Positions 17,006-27,133 of a stretch of DNA of 64,000 nt are shown one piece after another. Both the position numbers and the translations under genes were made by a program. The DNA comes from Candidatus Poseidoniaceae archaeon (GTDB lineage Archaea; Thermoplasmatota; Poseidoniia; Poseidoniales; Poseidoniaceae). Position 1 is the stretch's first letter. Every line of letters starts with the position of its first letter. The notes beneath the pieces are model-generated. The model was not told the DNA's origin, did no database searches, and was given only the letters and a program-made list of their open reading frames with translations. The stretch is taken from NCBI GenBank assembly GCA_030747695.1, contig JASLKG010000003.1, forward strand, positions 18,300 to 82,299, in the 5' to 3' direction.

Positions 17006-17419
17006 TTAATTATTAGCAAATTCTGAAATAATTTCCATGTGGTCGCCAGCTAAATTATTGATTTCTGAAAGAGTATACCATTCAGCATTTTCGGCATCAT
17101 CACCTGCAACCGGTTCTCCGTCAGCAGTGACCAAATAAGCAATAGAAATAACATGCCCCCGAGGGTCCCTCTCAGGATTTCCTTTTACACAAATAACCCT
17201 TTCAACTTCACCAACAATGCCCGTTTCTTCTTTCAATTCTCTTAATACTGCATTCTTAGGATCTTCTTCAACATCTACAAAACCTCCAGGTAATGCTAAT
17301 TTACCCTTCCAAGGTTCGTTTCCTCTTCGTATAAGCAAAATCTTGCCATTATTGACAACAACAGCATCGACAGCAATTGAGGGCTGAGGCCATTGCCCAC
17401 ATTTTTCACATGCAGGCAT
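17006..17419 (-). CDS. Nudix hydrolase
   Basis: Complete Nudix box GFVDVEEDPKNAVLRELKEETGI. Confidence 0.85.
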   Translation of the reverse strand: MPACEKCGQWPQPSIAVDAVVVNNGKILLIRRGNEPWKGKLALPGGFVDVEEDPKNAVLRELKEETGIVGEVERVICVKGNPERDPRGHVISIAYLVTADGEPVAGDDAENAEWYTLSEINNLAGDHMEIISEFANN

Positions 17420-18232
17420 TTACTCACCAAATCTACGCTTTCTTGCTTGATATGTTTGAATTGCTTTCAATAATTCCTTTCGAGAGAAAGAAGGCCAAAA
17501 CACATCTGTGAAGTATAATTCTGAGTATGCCATTTGCCATAACAAAAAATTAGAAATTCTTTCTTCTCCTGAAGTACGAATAACTAAATCGGGATCAGGC
17601 ATTTTAGCTGTGTATAATCTCTTACTAACTTCCATTTCATCAATTTCAGATAAGGATAATTTTCCTGTTCCATGATCTTCTGCAATACCTTTAATTGCAG
17701 AAATCATTTCTTCACGGCTACCATAAGCAAGACATATCGTGAATGTAAATTTGTCATATTCTGAAGTTTTATTTTCAGCGTAATCAATGGAATCATTAAC
17801 ATTTTTTGGTAGCAATTCTCTCTTTCCAATTATCTGAACCTTAACTTCATTGTTATGAATTCTATCATCGTCTGCTATGTCTCTTAATCCTTGAACATAT
17901 AGGTTGAAAAGACCATCTAATTCTCCTTTAGGGCGATTTAGATTTTCAGTAGACAATGCATACACAGTCAAATATTGAATCTCTAGTTCAAGTACCCAAT
18001 CCAAGACTTCTTCCAATTTTTGTTTACCCATTCTGTGGCCAACACCAGTTTCTAGAGCCTTTGACCAAGCAAAACGTCGATTACCATCCATTATTATTGC
18101 AAGATGATTAACTTGAGCAGGGTGAGATTTGACATCTCGCATTAGTTTAGACTCGACAGCATAACCGAGTACATCCCCCATGCGTTCGCTTATACCCATT
18201 GCAACCCGCTCTAAACACCCCATTCGCTTCAA
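17420..18232 (-). CDS. uppS: Undecaprenyl (di-trans,poly-cis-polyprenyl) diphosphate synthase
   Basis: HLAIIMDGNRRFA and DLVIRTSGEERISNFLLWQMAYSELYF. The start may be an internal Met. Confidence 0.92.
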   Translation of the reverse strand: MKRMGCLERVAMGISERMGDVLGYAVESKLMRDVKSHPAQVNHLAIIMDGNRRFAWSKALETGVGHRMGKQKLEEVLDWVLELEIQYLTVYALSTENLNRPKGELDGLFNLYVQGLRDIADDDRIHNNEVKVQIIGKRELLPKNVNDSIDYAENKTSEYDKFTFTICLAYGSREEMISAIKGIAEDHGTGKLSLSEIDEMEVSKRLYTAKMPDPDLVIRTSGEERISNFLLWQMAYSELYFTDVFWPSFSRKELLKAIQTYQARKRRFGE

Positions 18233-18268
18233 CCGTTTGAGTTAATCCCCAGTAGGTTCTCGGCCGGA

Positions 18269-19315
18269 ATGATGGAAGACAGACCTTGGTGGCCGAAAGG
18301 TATCGCCATTGAGTATGATTCAAACACGATAGTCACTAATTGGGGGACGAAGTCACTACATTGGAATGAAGAAATTTTCAATACCGAATGGTGGAATAGT
18401 CAAGAATCATATTGGGGAGAATGGCCACCGGTAGGAAAAGTAATTCTTGAAAAAGAGGACCAAAGAGGTTTGTGGTTTGATTTAGAGACTCATGTTGCAT
18501 TAGTAATTCCAATTCCAACAGGCAAACAGAGTTCTAGATTAGCTCGTAATCCAAAATTGAAACAAGCAGTTGAAGATTTTCTTGAGTTACCAGTGTCAGG
18601 AATGGATAAGGATGGAGACTATGTGTTGATTTGGGAAAAATCAACTGCAGAAGAATCTGAGAATATTTCTGGAAAACAATTAGCAGAATTGCATTTATCT
18701 CTGAAGAAGTTTGGATATTCAACTCCAAATAATCATCCAGAATGGAATAACCGTTTGAAAATTGTAGAGGACCGTTTGAAAACTAGCACACTTTGGAGAG
18801 CGCCACATAGTCATCTTACTTTGGGAATTCCTAGAATTGAATTAGAAGGTTGTAAACCGGTACCAATTCCACTGGCAGAAACATTACTTTGTCCGACAGA
18901 ATACCTTCCAATGTTACGTCAAGCAGTAAAATATGGAGTAGTAAATGAATGGAGAACACAAGTAACTCCGTACGGTGATGAATCTGTATTACGAACCAGT
19001 ACAGGAGGCGTAGCTCATATGAAATACGATCTGATATTGATGAAAAAGGCACAAAATATTGCATTTGGTATCGAAGATGATGAAGTCGATTTTTATCTTT
19101 CAAAAGTAGATAGATTACAAGCTAAGTTAGGAATTATGCGGTTGGTAATGATGGGACTTCCATTTTCAATTATTGGAGCTATAGCAACTTGGTGGATGAA
19201 AGATGCAGGTGTAATCCAAGATTCTGAAGCTGGCTATGTTGGGTTTGGGTTGATGTTTATTGCATCATCATTGGCCTACCAATATCTTGAGCCAGATTGG
19301 CGTCAAGAGTTATGA
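18269..19315 (+). CDS. Hypothetical protein with a Trp-rich N-terminus and two C-terminal TM helices
   Basis: ORF only. No family recognised. Confidence 0.5.
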   Translation: MMEDRPWWPKGIAIEYDSNTIVTNWGTKSLHWNEEIFNTEWWNSQESYWGEWPPVGKVILEKEDQRGLWFDLETHVALVIPIPTGKQSSRLARNPKLKQAVEDFLELPVSGMDKDGDYVLIWEKSTAEESENISGKQLAELHLSLKKFGYSTPNNHPEWNNRLKIVEDRLKTSTLWRAPHSHLTLGIPRIELEGCKPVPIPLAETLLCPTEYLPMLRQAVKYGVVNEWRTQVTPYGDESVLRTSTGGVAHMKYDLILMKKAQNIAFGIEDDEVDFYLSKVDRLQAKLGIMRLVMMGLPFSIIGAIATWWMKDAGVIQDSEAGYVGFGLMFIASSLAYQYLEPDWRQEL

Positions 19316-20367
19316 CGAATTCGGTTATCATGGAATTTCAGTTTGTGCGATTTTGCTAGTTCCATTATTTCTAACAAGAAGTTATCTCTTGCTTCACGTT
19401 CGATTTTTCCACTATTAATATCCCAGTAAATATTGCATCCAATTTCAATTGAATCCGGGCCTAGATTAGAAACTCTAGCGTATGAATCTTCTTCTTTTAT
19501 TGTCATTTTGTGGCTAGCAATCAAATCACCAACTCCATCACAGAAATCTGAAACTTTAGCAGGATCTGAATTGATATCTATTTTGAAAATTGGTTGCCAT
19601 CGGCGGAATCTACGTTTGCCCCAATTTTCTACTGGAGTGTTGGATAAATTGGCATTGGGCATAGTCACAACAGTATCTAGACTTGTTCTGATAAGTGTCG
19701 TTCTCAAACCAATTTCTATTACTTCTCCTTCAACCGAGCCAATTGCAACCCAATCACCGACTTGGAAAGGTCTGTCAAGAAGAACTGTAGTGGCTCCAAA
19801 AATATTCGAGATTGTATCTTGTGCAGCAAGAGCTATGGCAATTCCTGTAATTCCTAACCCAGCAATCATTGTAGTCAAATCGAAACCAAGAGCATCAGCA
19901 ATGAAAACTAATCCAAAGATTACAATTAAAAATCTCATTACGCTTTCGGCAGCAGAAACAACAGTTTTCTGAGAACCATCTAGTATCCCATCATCATCTG
20001 TCCACAAAACAAATGCATGAATTACTCCAACGAATCTAAACGCTGTCACAACTAATGCAATTACCATAATTAATTTCAATATTGAAAACACTAAATCTAA
20101 ATCTTCGATTAAATAGAAGCTAGCCCAGCATCCAATGGCAACTCCAAGTGATTTCCCAGAGCCAATTAAAGCCTCTTTTGCGACATCACTGATCATTCCT
20201 AAATTGGAAAAAGACTTTGGAATAATAATGCCAAAAATCTCTCGAACAATTAGAATAAATATCAACAGCAATGTCATTATAATTATGCTTTCTACACTGA
20301 TTCCATAGATTTCTTTATCATGCCCAGGAATCATGTCAATTACACTTCTCATATTCCTCTGGCACAC
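19303..20367 (-). CDS. Mechanosensitive ion channel, MscS family
   Basis: TM3/beta-domain signature FQVGDWVAIGSVEGEVIEIGLRTTLIRTSLDTVVTMPNANL. Confidence 0.88.
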   Translation of the reverse strand: MCQRNMRSVIDMIPGHDKEIYGISVESIIIMTLLLIFILIVREIFGIIIPKSFSNLGMISDVAKEALIGSGKSLGVAIGCWASFYLIEDLDLVFSILKLIMVIALVVTAFRFVGVIHAFVLWTDDDGILDGSQKTVVSAAESVMRFLIVIFGLVFIADALGFDLTTMIAGLGITGIAIALAAQDTISNIFGATTVLLDRPFQVGDWVAIGSVEGEVIEIGLRTTLIRTSLDTVVTMPNANLSNTPVENWGKRRFRRWQPIFKIDINSDPAKVSDFCDGVGDLIASHKMTIKEEDSYARVSNLGPDSIEIGCNIYWDINSGKIEREARDNFLLEIMELAKSHKLKFHDNRIRHNS

Positions 20368-20479
20368 TTTACGGAAGATGTTGTTTTCGGATAAATCTTC
20401 ATTGATTTTGCTAATGAGCCCCCTATGGGGGCTTTGTCGATTACACGACGCTTTGAAGAAGTAGACCCTTCTCGGGTAG

Positions 20480-22675
20480 ATGGTTATGATGGAGTTTAAG
20501 TCCCGAAAAGGCTCACTTGCAATATTGTTACTACCGTTCTTGTTGAGTTTATTCTCACCCTTGGGTTCGGGCTATGTCGAACCTTTCCCTTTGGAAGATG
20601 ATAATGAACCAGAGGACATTTGGTCTTACGATTATCGAAACCATGTTTTCCCTTGGGGGGGAGATGCAAATATGCAATTTCAAGAATATCATTCTTATGA
20701 AACTATGAAATCTAGAATGATGAGAGTTGCTGCAGATAATCCAAATATTATGGAATTCCATGAAGGCTTAAACGGTGGAACAAATGCGCGAGGTCAAGAA
20801 ACATCCATTGATCAATATGAAGGATGGTTCTACGGTTATGCTTCTCCTTGGCTAAAGATTACAGGTAATGTCCAAGGCGGAACTTACAATGAGTTTGTAG
20901 GCGATAATGGAAATTATCAAAATAAACCGGATGTAATGATTGTCGGTAATCATCATGCTAGAGAATGGATGAGTTATGAGACCCCTCTCCTAGTAATGGA
21001 GACAATAGCTTGGTATTACGGCAAAGGGCCAACAGATAATGATGGTGATGGATTAATCGATGAAGATCCATGGGGTGATGCAGATGGTGATGGACAAGTT
21101 GATGATGACGGAGATTGTCTTTCTTTGAATGAATCATTACGAGATAGTAATGGTGATGGAAAAGATTGCAATCCTGGAGATTTGGGTGTAGATGAAGATT
21201 TCAGTGAGGTCGAATTAACAAATCTGATTAACAGTCGCGAGATATACCTCATACCGATGTTGAACGTTGATGGTAATATCTACGATAGAGAAGTATTTTG
21301 TCCAGCTCCAGCATGGGAAACTTGCCCAAGTGGAGGATGGAGAAAGAATCTGAGAGATAACACATTTACTGGTTCTACACCATTCCCTGATCTTGGAGAA
21401 GAGGTTGATGAGGACTGTGATGGTGTTGATTTAAACAGAAACTATCAGTTTGAATGGGGGGCTCCACTAGGTGCTACAGGACCTTTGATTCCAGGAACAT
21501 GTTCTCCCTCAGAAGGAGAATTAGATGGAACCAACAATGATGTTTACAATGGGCCCGTTGATGATACAGACAACGATGGCGATTTTCAAATTAATGAAGA
21601 CCATGTAGATGGTAAAGACGATGATGCAGATGGCCTTGTTGATGAAGATTGGTGGGGAGGTAACTCCGAACCGGAAACTAAGTTTATCCAAGATCTGACT
21701 GAGATGAATGATGATGATGGCGATGGAGCATCAGACTTCAAGGCTACATTGACTTATCATTCATACTCAGAATTAGTACTTTATCCATGGGGACATTGTA
21801 ATAATTGTCAAAGTCCCGATCACGACCAATTAGTTTACCACGGTGATCAAATGGCTGAAATGACTGACTATACAAATATGCAATCTTCAGATTTGTATCC
21901 TACTTCGGGAGATTTTTGTGATTGGCATTATGGTGTTCATGGATCTTATTGCTATACTATGGAAATAGGTACAGCATTCCATCAGCATGAGGATGATGTT
22001 GCCCACATTGCTGTTCGCAATCTTGGGGTTGCATTTTACATGGCAGAGATTTCAGATAACCCAAGAGAACGTGCTGACCTTGAAATGACAAATGTTGTGA
22101 AAGATCAAGTGCTACAAACTCCAGACGAAGTTTCCATACCTCCTTTAGGATCTATACCGATTGAAATGTGTTTGGATCATGCGTTTTCAATAGATTACCG
22201 TCCCCATCGTTCACATGTTATGTACAGGATGGTTAAGCCTTTACGTACTCAATCAGATTATGGCCCAGCAGAATGGTATAGTGAGCCATGGGAACATGTA
22301 GGATTTGAATTAGTTGAGGGACAATCTTGTGATTTATTGAATGGCACAGGGCTTGGTTACACAGTTGTAGCAAACGTGCCTATTGGAGACACAGAAAATG
22401 GAAAATTACACTATAAGTCAATGATTTCTACACTTGGAGGAACTCAAAAAATAGAATATCCTCCTAATTCACAATATTATGAATTAGAAATTGATTACAG
22501 AGCCCCATATGGCACTCTATTTGGTTCAATGATGCTATTTCTATTAGTTGCAACATTTGTGTGGGGTGGCTTAGGTGTCTGTTTGAGATTGATGATGACA
22601 GATCAAGAAAATCTTTCGGAATTAGCTGCAACCTCTGAGGTATTGGATGCTATGATTGAGGAGGACTCAGATTGA
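20480..22675 (+). CDS. Secreted, membrane-anchored M14 zinc carboxypeptidase with acidic Dx[DN]xDG (thrombospondin-type-3-like) insertions
   Basis: Signal peptide. M14 motifs HHAREW, DLNRNY, TYHSYSELVLYPWG and YTMEIG. Repeats DNDGDGLIDEDPWGDADGDGQVDDDGDC and DTDNDGDFQINEDHVDGKDDDADGLVDED. C-terminal TM helix. Confidence 0.85.
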   Translation: MVMMEFKSRKGSLAILLLPFLLSLFSPLGSGYVEPFPLEDDNEPEDIWSYDYRNHVFPWGGDANMQFQEYHSYETMKSRMMRVAADNPNIMEFHEGLNGGTNARGQETSIDQYEGWFYGYASPWLKITGNVQGGTYNEFVGDNGNYQNKPDVMIVGNHHAREWMSYETPLLVMETIAWYYGKGPTDNDGDGLIDEDPWGDADGDGQVDDDGDCLSLNESLRDSNGDGKDCNPGDLGVDEDFSEVELTNLINSREIYLIPMLNVDGNIYDREVFCPAPAWETCPSGGWRKNLRDNTFTGSTPFPDLGEEVDEDCDGVDLNRNYQFEWGAPLGATGPLIPGTCSPSEGELDGTNNDVYNGPVDDTDNDGDFQINEDHVDGKDDDADGLVDEDWWGGNSEPETKFIQDLTEMNDDDGDGASDFKATLTYHSYSELVLYPWGHCNNCQSPDHDQLVYHGDQMAEMTDYTNMQSSDLYPTSGDFCDWHYGVHGSYCYTMEIGTAFHQHEDDVAHIAVRNLGVAFYMAEISDNPRERADLEMTNVVKDQVLQTPDEVSIPPLGSIPIEMCLDHAFSIDYRPHRSHVMYRMVKPLRTQSDYGPAEWYSEPWEHVGFELVEGQSCDLLNGTGLGYTVVANVPIGDTENGKLHYKSMISTLGGTQKIEYPPNSQYYELEIDYRAPYGTLFGSMMLFLLVATFVWGGLGVCLRLMMTDQENLSELAATSEVLDAMIEEDSD

Positions 22676-24339
22676 GTGATCAATTTAGTGGCCGTATGGG
22701 ATTAATTTTCGCGGCAATAGGTGCTGCAATAGGAACTGGCAACATTTGGCGTTTCCCACGCATGGTTGGTGCTAATGAAGGTGGAACATTTTTGATACCG
22801 TGGCTATTCTTTCTTTTTGCTTGGTCAATACCGCTAGTTATTGCAGAATTTGCTTTAGGTAAGAGAAGTAGAACAGGTACAATTGGAACGTTTCGTATTT
22901 TTGCAGGAAAGAGATTTGCTTGGATGGGTCTTTGGACAGCGTGGATCTCAACAGCAATAGGATTCTATTATGCAGTAGTATCAGGGTGGTGCCTCAAATA
23001 TTTCCAGCTTGGATTTTCGAATGGATTGGTTGGTGAATCTGTTGATACACAACTAGTATGGAATGAGTTTCTAAAATCTCCTGGGACTGTAATTTTCTTT
23101 CAATTCTTAGTAGTAGCCATTACTCTGTTAGCAATTTGGAAAGGGGCAAAAGCAATTGAAAAAGTCAACGTAATTTTGATGATATCATTATTCGCTTTGC
23201 TATTTATGTCTCTAGGATTGTCACTTTGGATGGATATGTCTGATGGCAGATTGGATGGATTTTTGTTTATGTTCACTGTCGAATGGAGTTCTTTGTCAGA
23301 ACCTTCTATATGGATCAATGGGTTATCGCAATCAGCTTGGTCATGTTCTGCTGGAATGGGTATGGCAATTACATATGCAGTATACATGCGTAAAGACGAG
23401 GACACAACTCTCAATGCATTTACTATGGGATTAGCAAACAACTCAATTTCAATAATTGCAGGTTTGACAGTATTATCTGCAATTTTCGCAGTTAGTAGTG
23501 ATCCTTTGGAAACAGTAACAGGCGGTTCATCAGCAATAACTTTCCTAGCTTTACCTGAAGTATTTGCACAAGCACCTGGAGGTGCTGTTGGTGCTTGGGT
23601 AATGATGACAGGTTTCTTCCTTGCACTTTCTTTTGCTGCATTAACAAGTATGATTTCTACTGTCGAATTATGTGTGAGAAATTTTGTTGATCATGGATTT
23701 GAAAGAGAGAAGTCAGTACTGTTCACTTCAATATCAATTTTCATATTTGGCTTACCCTCTGCATTTTTGTGGATTTCAATTGCTCCAGATGGCACAGCAT
23801 TCCCTCAATTTCTTGAAGTTCAGGATCACATTTGGGGATATGGATTGATGTTTAGCGGATTATTTATCGCTTATACTATCTGGATGTATGGATTCAAGAA
23901 ATGGCGTAGCGAGGTAGAGGCAGGAACAGCACCTGGTGGCTTTTCAGGATATCTTGGCGTTGGTGTTTCAGCATTCCGTGATGATTTCATTAATACTGGC
24001 GACAATGACATTTGGATAGGCAGATGGTGGGATATTCTAATGTATGCAGCATTCCCTGTTTTGTTTAGTGTTTTAATCATATCATATTTCGGAGATATGA
24101 TTGCAAATACTCCAAATGTATGGGACCCTGGAAATCCACATGGGATAACGATAATTCTATTATTTTGGGGAGTGGTTGCTGGAGGATTTATTGCACTAAA
24201 CAAGAAACTGATTCAGCGCCCATTATATCGTAATATTCCAGAAGGGGCCGATGCAGATATCTCAATGCTACCAGGTGGATCTGATGATTTAGTAAGTGAC
24301 ACTAATGAAAAATTATTGGTTGCAATAATTGAAGACTAA
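22672..24339 (+). CDS. Neurotransmitter:sodium symporter (NSS/SNF) family transporter
   Basis: GLIFAAIGAAIGTGNIWRFP..GGTFLIPW. About 12 TM segments. TTG start overlaps the peptidase stop and follows GAGGAGGA. Confidence 0.9.
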   Translation: MSDQFSGRMGLIFAAIGAAIGTGNIWRFPRMVGANEGGTFLIPWLFFLFAWSIPLVIAEFALGKRSRTGTIGTFRIFAGKRFAWMGLWTAWISTAIGFYYAVVSGWCLKYFQLGFSNGLVGESVDTQLVWNEFLKSPGTVIFFQFLVVAITLLAIWKGAKAIEKVNVILMISLFALLFMSLGLSLWMDMSDGRLDGFLFMFTVEWSSLSEPSIWINGLSQSAWSCSAGMGMAITYAVYMRKDEDTTLNAFTMGLANNSISIIAGLTVLSAIFAVSSDPLETVTGGSSAITFLALPEVFAQAPGGAVGAWVMMTGFFLALSFAALTSMISTVELCVRNFVDHGFEREKSVLFTSISIFIFGLPSAFLWISIAPDGTAFPQFLEVQDHIWGYGLMFSGLFIAYTIWMYGFKKWRSEVEAGTAPGGFSGYLGVGVSAFRDDFINTGDNDIWIGRWWDILMYAAFPVLFSVLIISYFGDMIANTPNVWDPGNPHGITIILLFWGVVAGGFIALNKKLIQRPLYRNIPEGADADISMLPGGSDDLVSDTNEKLLVAIIED

Positions 24340-24359
24340 ACAAATGATGAGGGGTAATA

Positions 24360-24875
24360 TTGTCCTTTACTTTGTTCCAATATCTTGGAATAAGTTTAGT
24401 AGTAGCAATATTATTAATTCCTATTGTTAGATGGTTTTGGAAACGTTTTGATTTACCCAGTAAAAGCGCTCTTGCAATTTTTGCCCAAAGGGAAAAAGAC
24501 TCAGAAGAGGCCATGTTATGGACTAAGATAGAAGTGCAGGTTGCTGCAGAAACTAAAGAACGAAGAGAATATGAAATGAAGCAACGCGAGAAACAAGAAA
24601 TGTTAGGAAAATCCCTAACTGAAAGCGAAGCATCAGAAGTTTGGAATTCGCTTGGTATTGATGTACCAATACAACCCGTGGAAAGAGAGGAAGCGCCTCC
24701 TGTAATCATTAGAAGTACAAATCAAAACGAAGAACCGGACTGGGAATTAATTGAGAAAATTCGCAAAATCGGACAACCAGTTGAAGGTGTGCCAGAAGCT
24801 CCAGATCTTGAATTAATGATTAGACAAAAACAATCAGAAACTGTAGTTAATTCGGATTGGGCTGCAGACTGGTAA
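24360..24875 (+). CDS. Hypothetical N-terminally anchored protein
   Basis: ORF with one TM helix followed by a charged region. TTG start after GATGAGGGG. Confidence 0.5.
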   Translation: MSFTLFQYLGISLVVAILLIPIVRWFWKRFDLPSKSALAIFAQREKDSEEAMLWTKIEVQVAAETKERREYEMKQREKQEMLGKSLTESEASEVWNSLGIDVPIQPVEREEAPPVIIRSTNQNEEPDWELIEKIRKIGQPVEGVPEAPDLELMIRQKQSETVVNSDWAADW

Positions 24876-24909
24876 AAACACGTTCTACCATGCTTCATCA
24901 TCCGTTTAA

Positions 24910-26259
24910 GTGAAATGGGAGTTCATACGCCCCGAATCGATGGTACAGAAGCCAAGAGGTACTCGGGACTTTACTCCCAACTTGATGAGGAGACGTTTGG
25001 CCTTCGAGAATTTACTTGAAAACAAAGCCTTAGCCCACGGTTTTAAGCGAGTACAAACTCCTATTTTTGAGAGTTTAGATTTATTTACAGCAAAGTCTGG
25101 TGCTGGAGTAGTAAAACAATTGTATGCTTTTCAAGACAAATCAGAACGAAATCTTACTTTGAGACCAGAACTAACAGCTCCAGTTATGCGAATGATTAGT
25201 GAAGAAATGCGTAGTGAACCTAAACCTCTAAGATTATCTTACTTTGGGCAATGCTTCAGATATGAAGAAAGTAAGAAGGGTAGGTATCGGGAATTTTTCC
25301 AATATGGCGTAGAGTTGATCGGTGCTACAGGGCCTCTTGCTGAAGCGGAAGTAATTTCTCTTGCAATAGACATGTTAGATAGTTGTGGTTTGACTAATTG
25401 GGAAGTTAGAATCGGCCATGTAGGTATTCTCAATGATGTTTTGACTGGACTCGGATTGTCTTCTGAAGGACAACCAGAATCTCCCATTGTTAGTTCAATG
25501 CGTTTACTTGACAAAGGGGATTGGGATGGATTAAAAGAATTATTTTCAACACATGGAGTTGACTCTTCAGCGATAGACAACCTTCGTTCTCTTTCAGAAC
25601 TTGATGGAGGAGCAGAAACTTTGTCATCTGCTAGAGAGATATTGTCACACATGAATATTGGCACAGAATCAATAGACGAGTTGTCACAATTGCTTAAAGT
25701 ATTACACCATCTTGCCCCTAAGGCTCCTTCACTGAAGGTGAACCTTTGCGTAGCTAGAGGTTTAGATTATTACACTGGAATGGTATTCGAGGTAGATGTG
25801 CCTGAATTAGGAGGGGAAAGTCAGGTCTTAGGTGGAGGGTCTTACAAGCTGTTACATCTATTTGGCATGGAAGAACTTGATCCTTCGTGTGGATTCGGTT
25901 TAGGCTTTGATAGAGTGCTTTTAGCATTAGAATCTCAGGCAGAAAAGGCAGGACGTTCCGAGGTAGTTCCAGGAGAAACAGCATCTCCATCGACACTAGT
26001 GTTACCATTTAGGATAGAATCTACTAATGTGTTATCTCTTGTAAAAGAGTTAAGGGGTGCAGGTCATAATGTAGAATTAGATTTACGAGGTAAGAATATT
26101 GGTAAATCCTTAGATTGGGCATCCAAGAATGGATTTACTAGTGTTGTAATAATTGGCCCGCAAGATTTAGAAAATTCACAGTGTAGCGTTAAGAATCTAA
26201 TTAGTGGAGATCAAAACACAGTAAGTCTTGATGTTGAATCGATATCAAGAATCATCTGA
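24910..26259 (+). CDS. hisS: Histidine--tRNA ligase
   Basis: PRGTRDF, LRPELTAPVMR and YFGQCFRYEESKKGRYREFFQYGVELIG. An alternative ATG start lies at 24940. Confidence 0.92.
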   Translation: MKWEFIRPESMVQKPRGTRDFTPNLMRRRLAFENLLENKALAHGFKRVQTPIFESLDLFTAKSGAGVVKQLYAFQDKSERNLTLRPELTAPVMRMISEEMRSEPKPLRLSYFGQCFRYEESKKGRYREFFQYGVELIGATGPLAEAEVISLAIDMLDSCGLTNWEVRIGHVGILNDVLTGLGLSSEGQPESPIVSSMRLLDKGDWDGLKELFSTHGVDSSAIDNLRSLSELDGGAETLSSAREILSHMNIGTESIDELSQLLKVLHHLAPKAPSLKVNLCVARGLDYYTGMVFEVDVPELGGESQVLGGGSYKLLHLFGMEELDPSCGFGLGFDRVLLALESQAEKAGRSEVVPGETASPSTLVLPFRIESTNVLSLVKELRGAGHNVELDLRGKNIGKSLDWASKNGFTSVVIIGPQDLENSQCSVKNLISGDQNTVSLDVESISRII

Positions 26260-27081
26260 ATCTTTTCTACTAGGAAGATAAACTGCAGCAACAGTCATTG
26301 CAGTTATTGCAGTAAAGAATAGGAAACCAGGTTGCTCAATAGCATCCATTATTTCATCAATATCCAATTGGAAATCACCTTGCCAAGAAGTAGGATCGAT
26401 TGGCATTTCAACTCTGGTATCTCCGTTACCAGACAATTCAAGTGTGAAGTTTGCAATATCGCCAGTGACAGTAAAAGGAATCGATCCTTGTTGCCTATCC
26501 CCCTTAACTTTCATTTGAATTTGCAGGCTTGGATTTGCAGTACTTGCATCCCACAAAGTTTGGCCTTCGGTAATTCTATGTGATATCGTAATTGGATTCC
26601 ATCCAGTAGAAACTTGAGGTATATGTTGACGGAATACAGTAGTTGCGCCTGCCCATAAGGTTACATTCAACTCTTCACAATCATTTGTGCATGGGCCATC
26701 ATTATCATTATTGGTCCAATCACCTTCTAGATATATATTCAGTACAACGCGTATCTCTCCATCAAGTGTCATGTTAAGTTTCTTCGACATTTGTGGATTC
26801 ATTGAGAACCGTTGGTCAATATTGATTACTCCTTGCTCTTTTTCTTCACTCCAATAATTATCATTGGCATTACTATCTTCTGTGGTATTGAAGTGGGACC
26901 AAAATGTAGATTGACCATTTGACCACAAATAGAGGATAGTTTGGTTTTCACAAGGTTGCTTTGGATCTTCGGCACAAGGATCGACAACTTCCTCTTCTTC
27001 CATAGTAGTTGAAGTGCTTCCAGTTACTGGAATACAAAGTAACATTGCTAACAATATTACCAGTATACTACGTCCTCGCAT
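26245..27081 (-). CDS. Hypothetical secreted protein with a C-terminal membrane anchor
   Basis: Signal peptide MRGRSILVILLAMLLCIPVTG, a beta-rich body and the C-terminal TM helix FLFFTAITAMTVAAVYL. Confidence 0.55.
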   Translation of the reverse strand: MRGRSILVILLAMLLCIPVTGSTSTTMEEEEVVDPCAEDPKQPCENQTILYLWSNGQSTFWSHFNTTEDSNANDNYWSEEKEQGVINIDQRFSMNPQMSKKLNMTLDGEIRVVLNIYLEGDWTNNDNDGPCTNDCEELNVTLWAGATTVFRQHIPQVSTGWNPITISHRITEGQTLWDASTANPSLQIQMKVKGDRQQGSIPFTVTGDIANFTLELSGNGDTRVEMPIDPTSWQGDFQLDIDEIMDAIEQPGFLFFTAITAMTVAAVYLPSRKDSDDS

Positions 27082-27133
27082 AGTGTAGCGTTAACACCGG
27101 TTGGATTTGACTTTTCCGAATATATACTTCATC

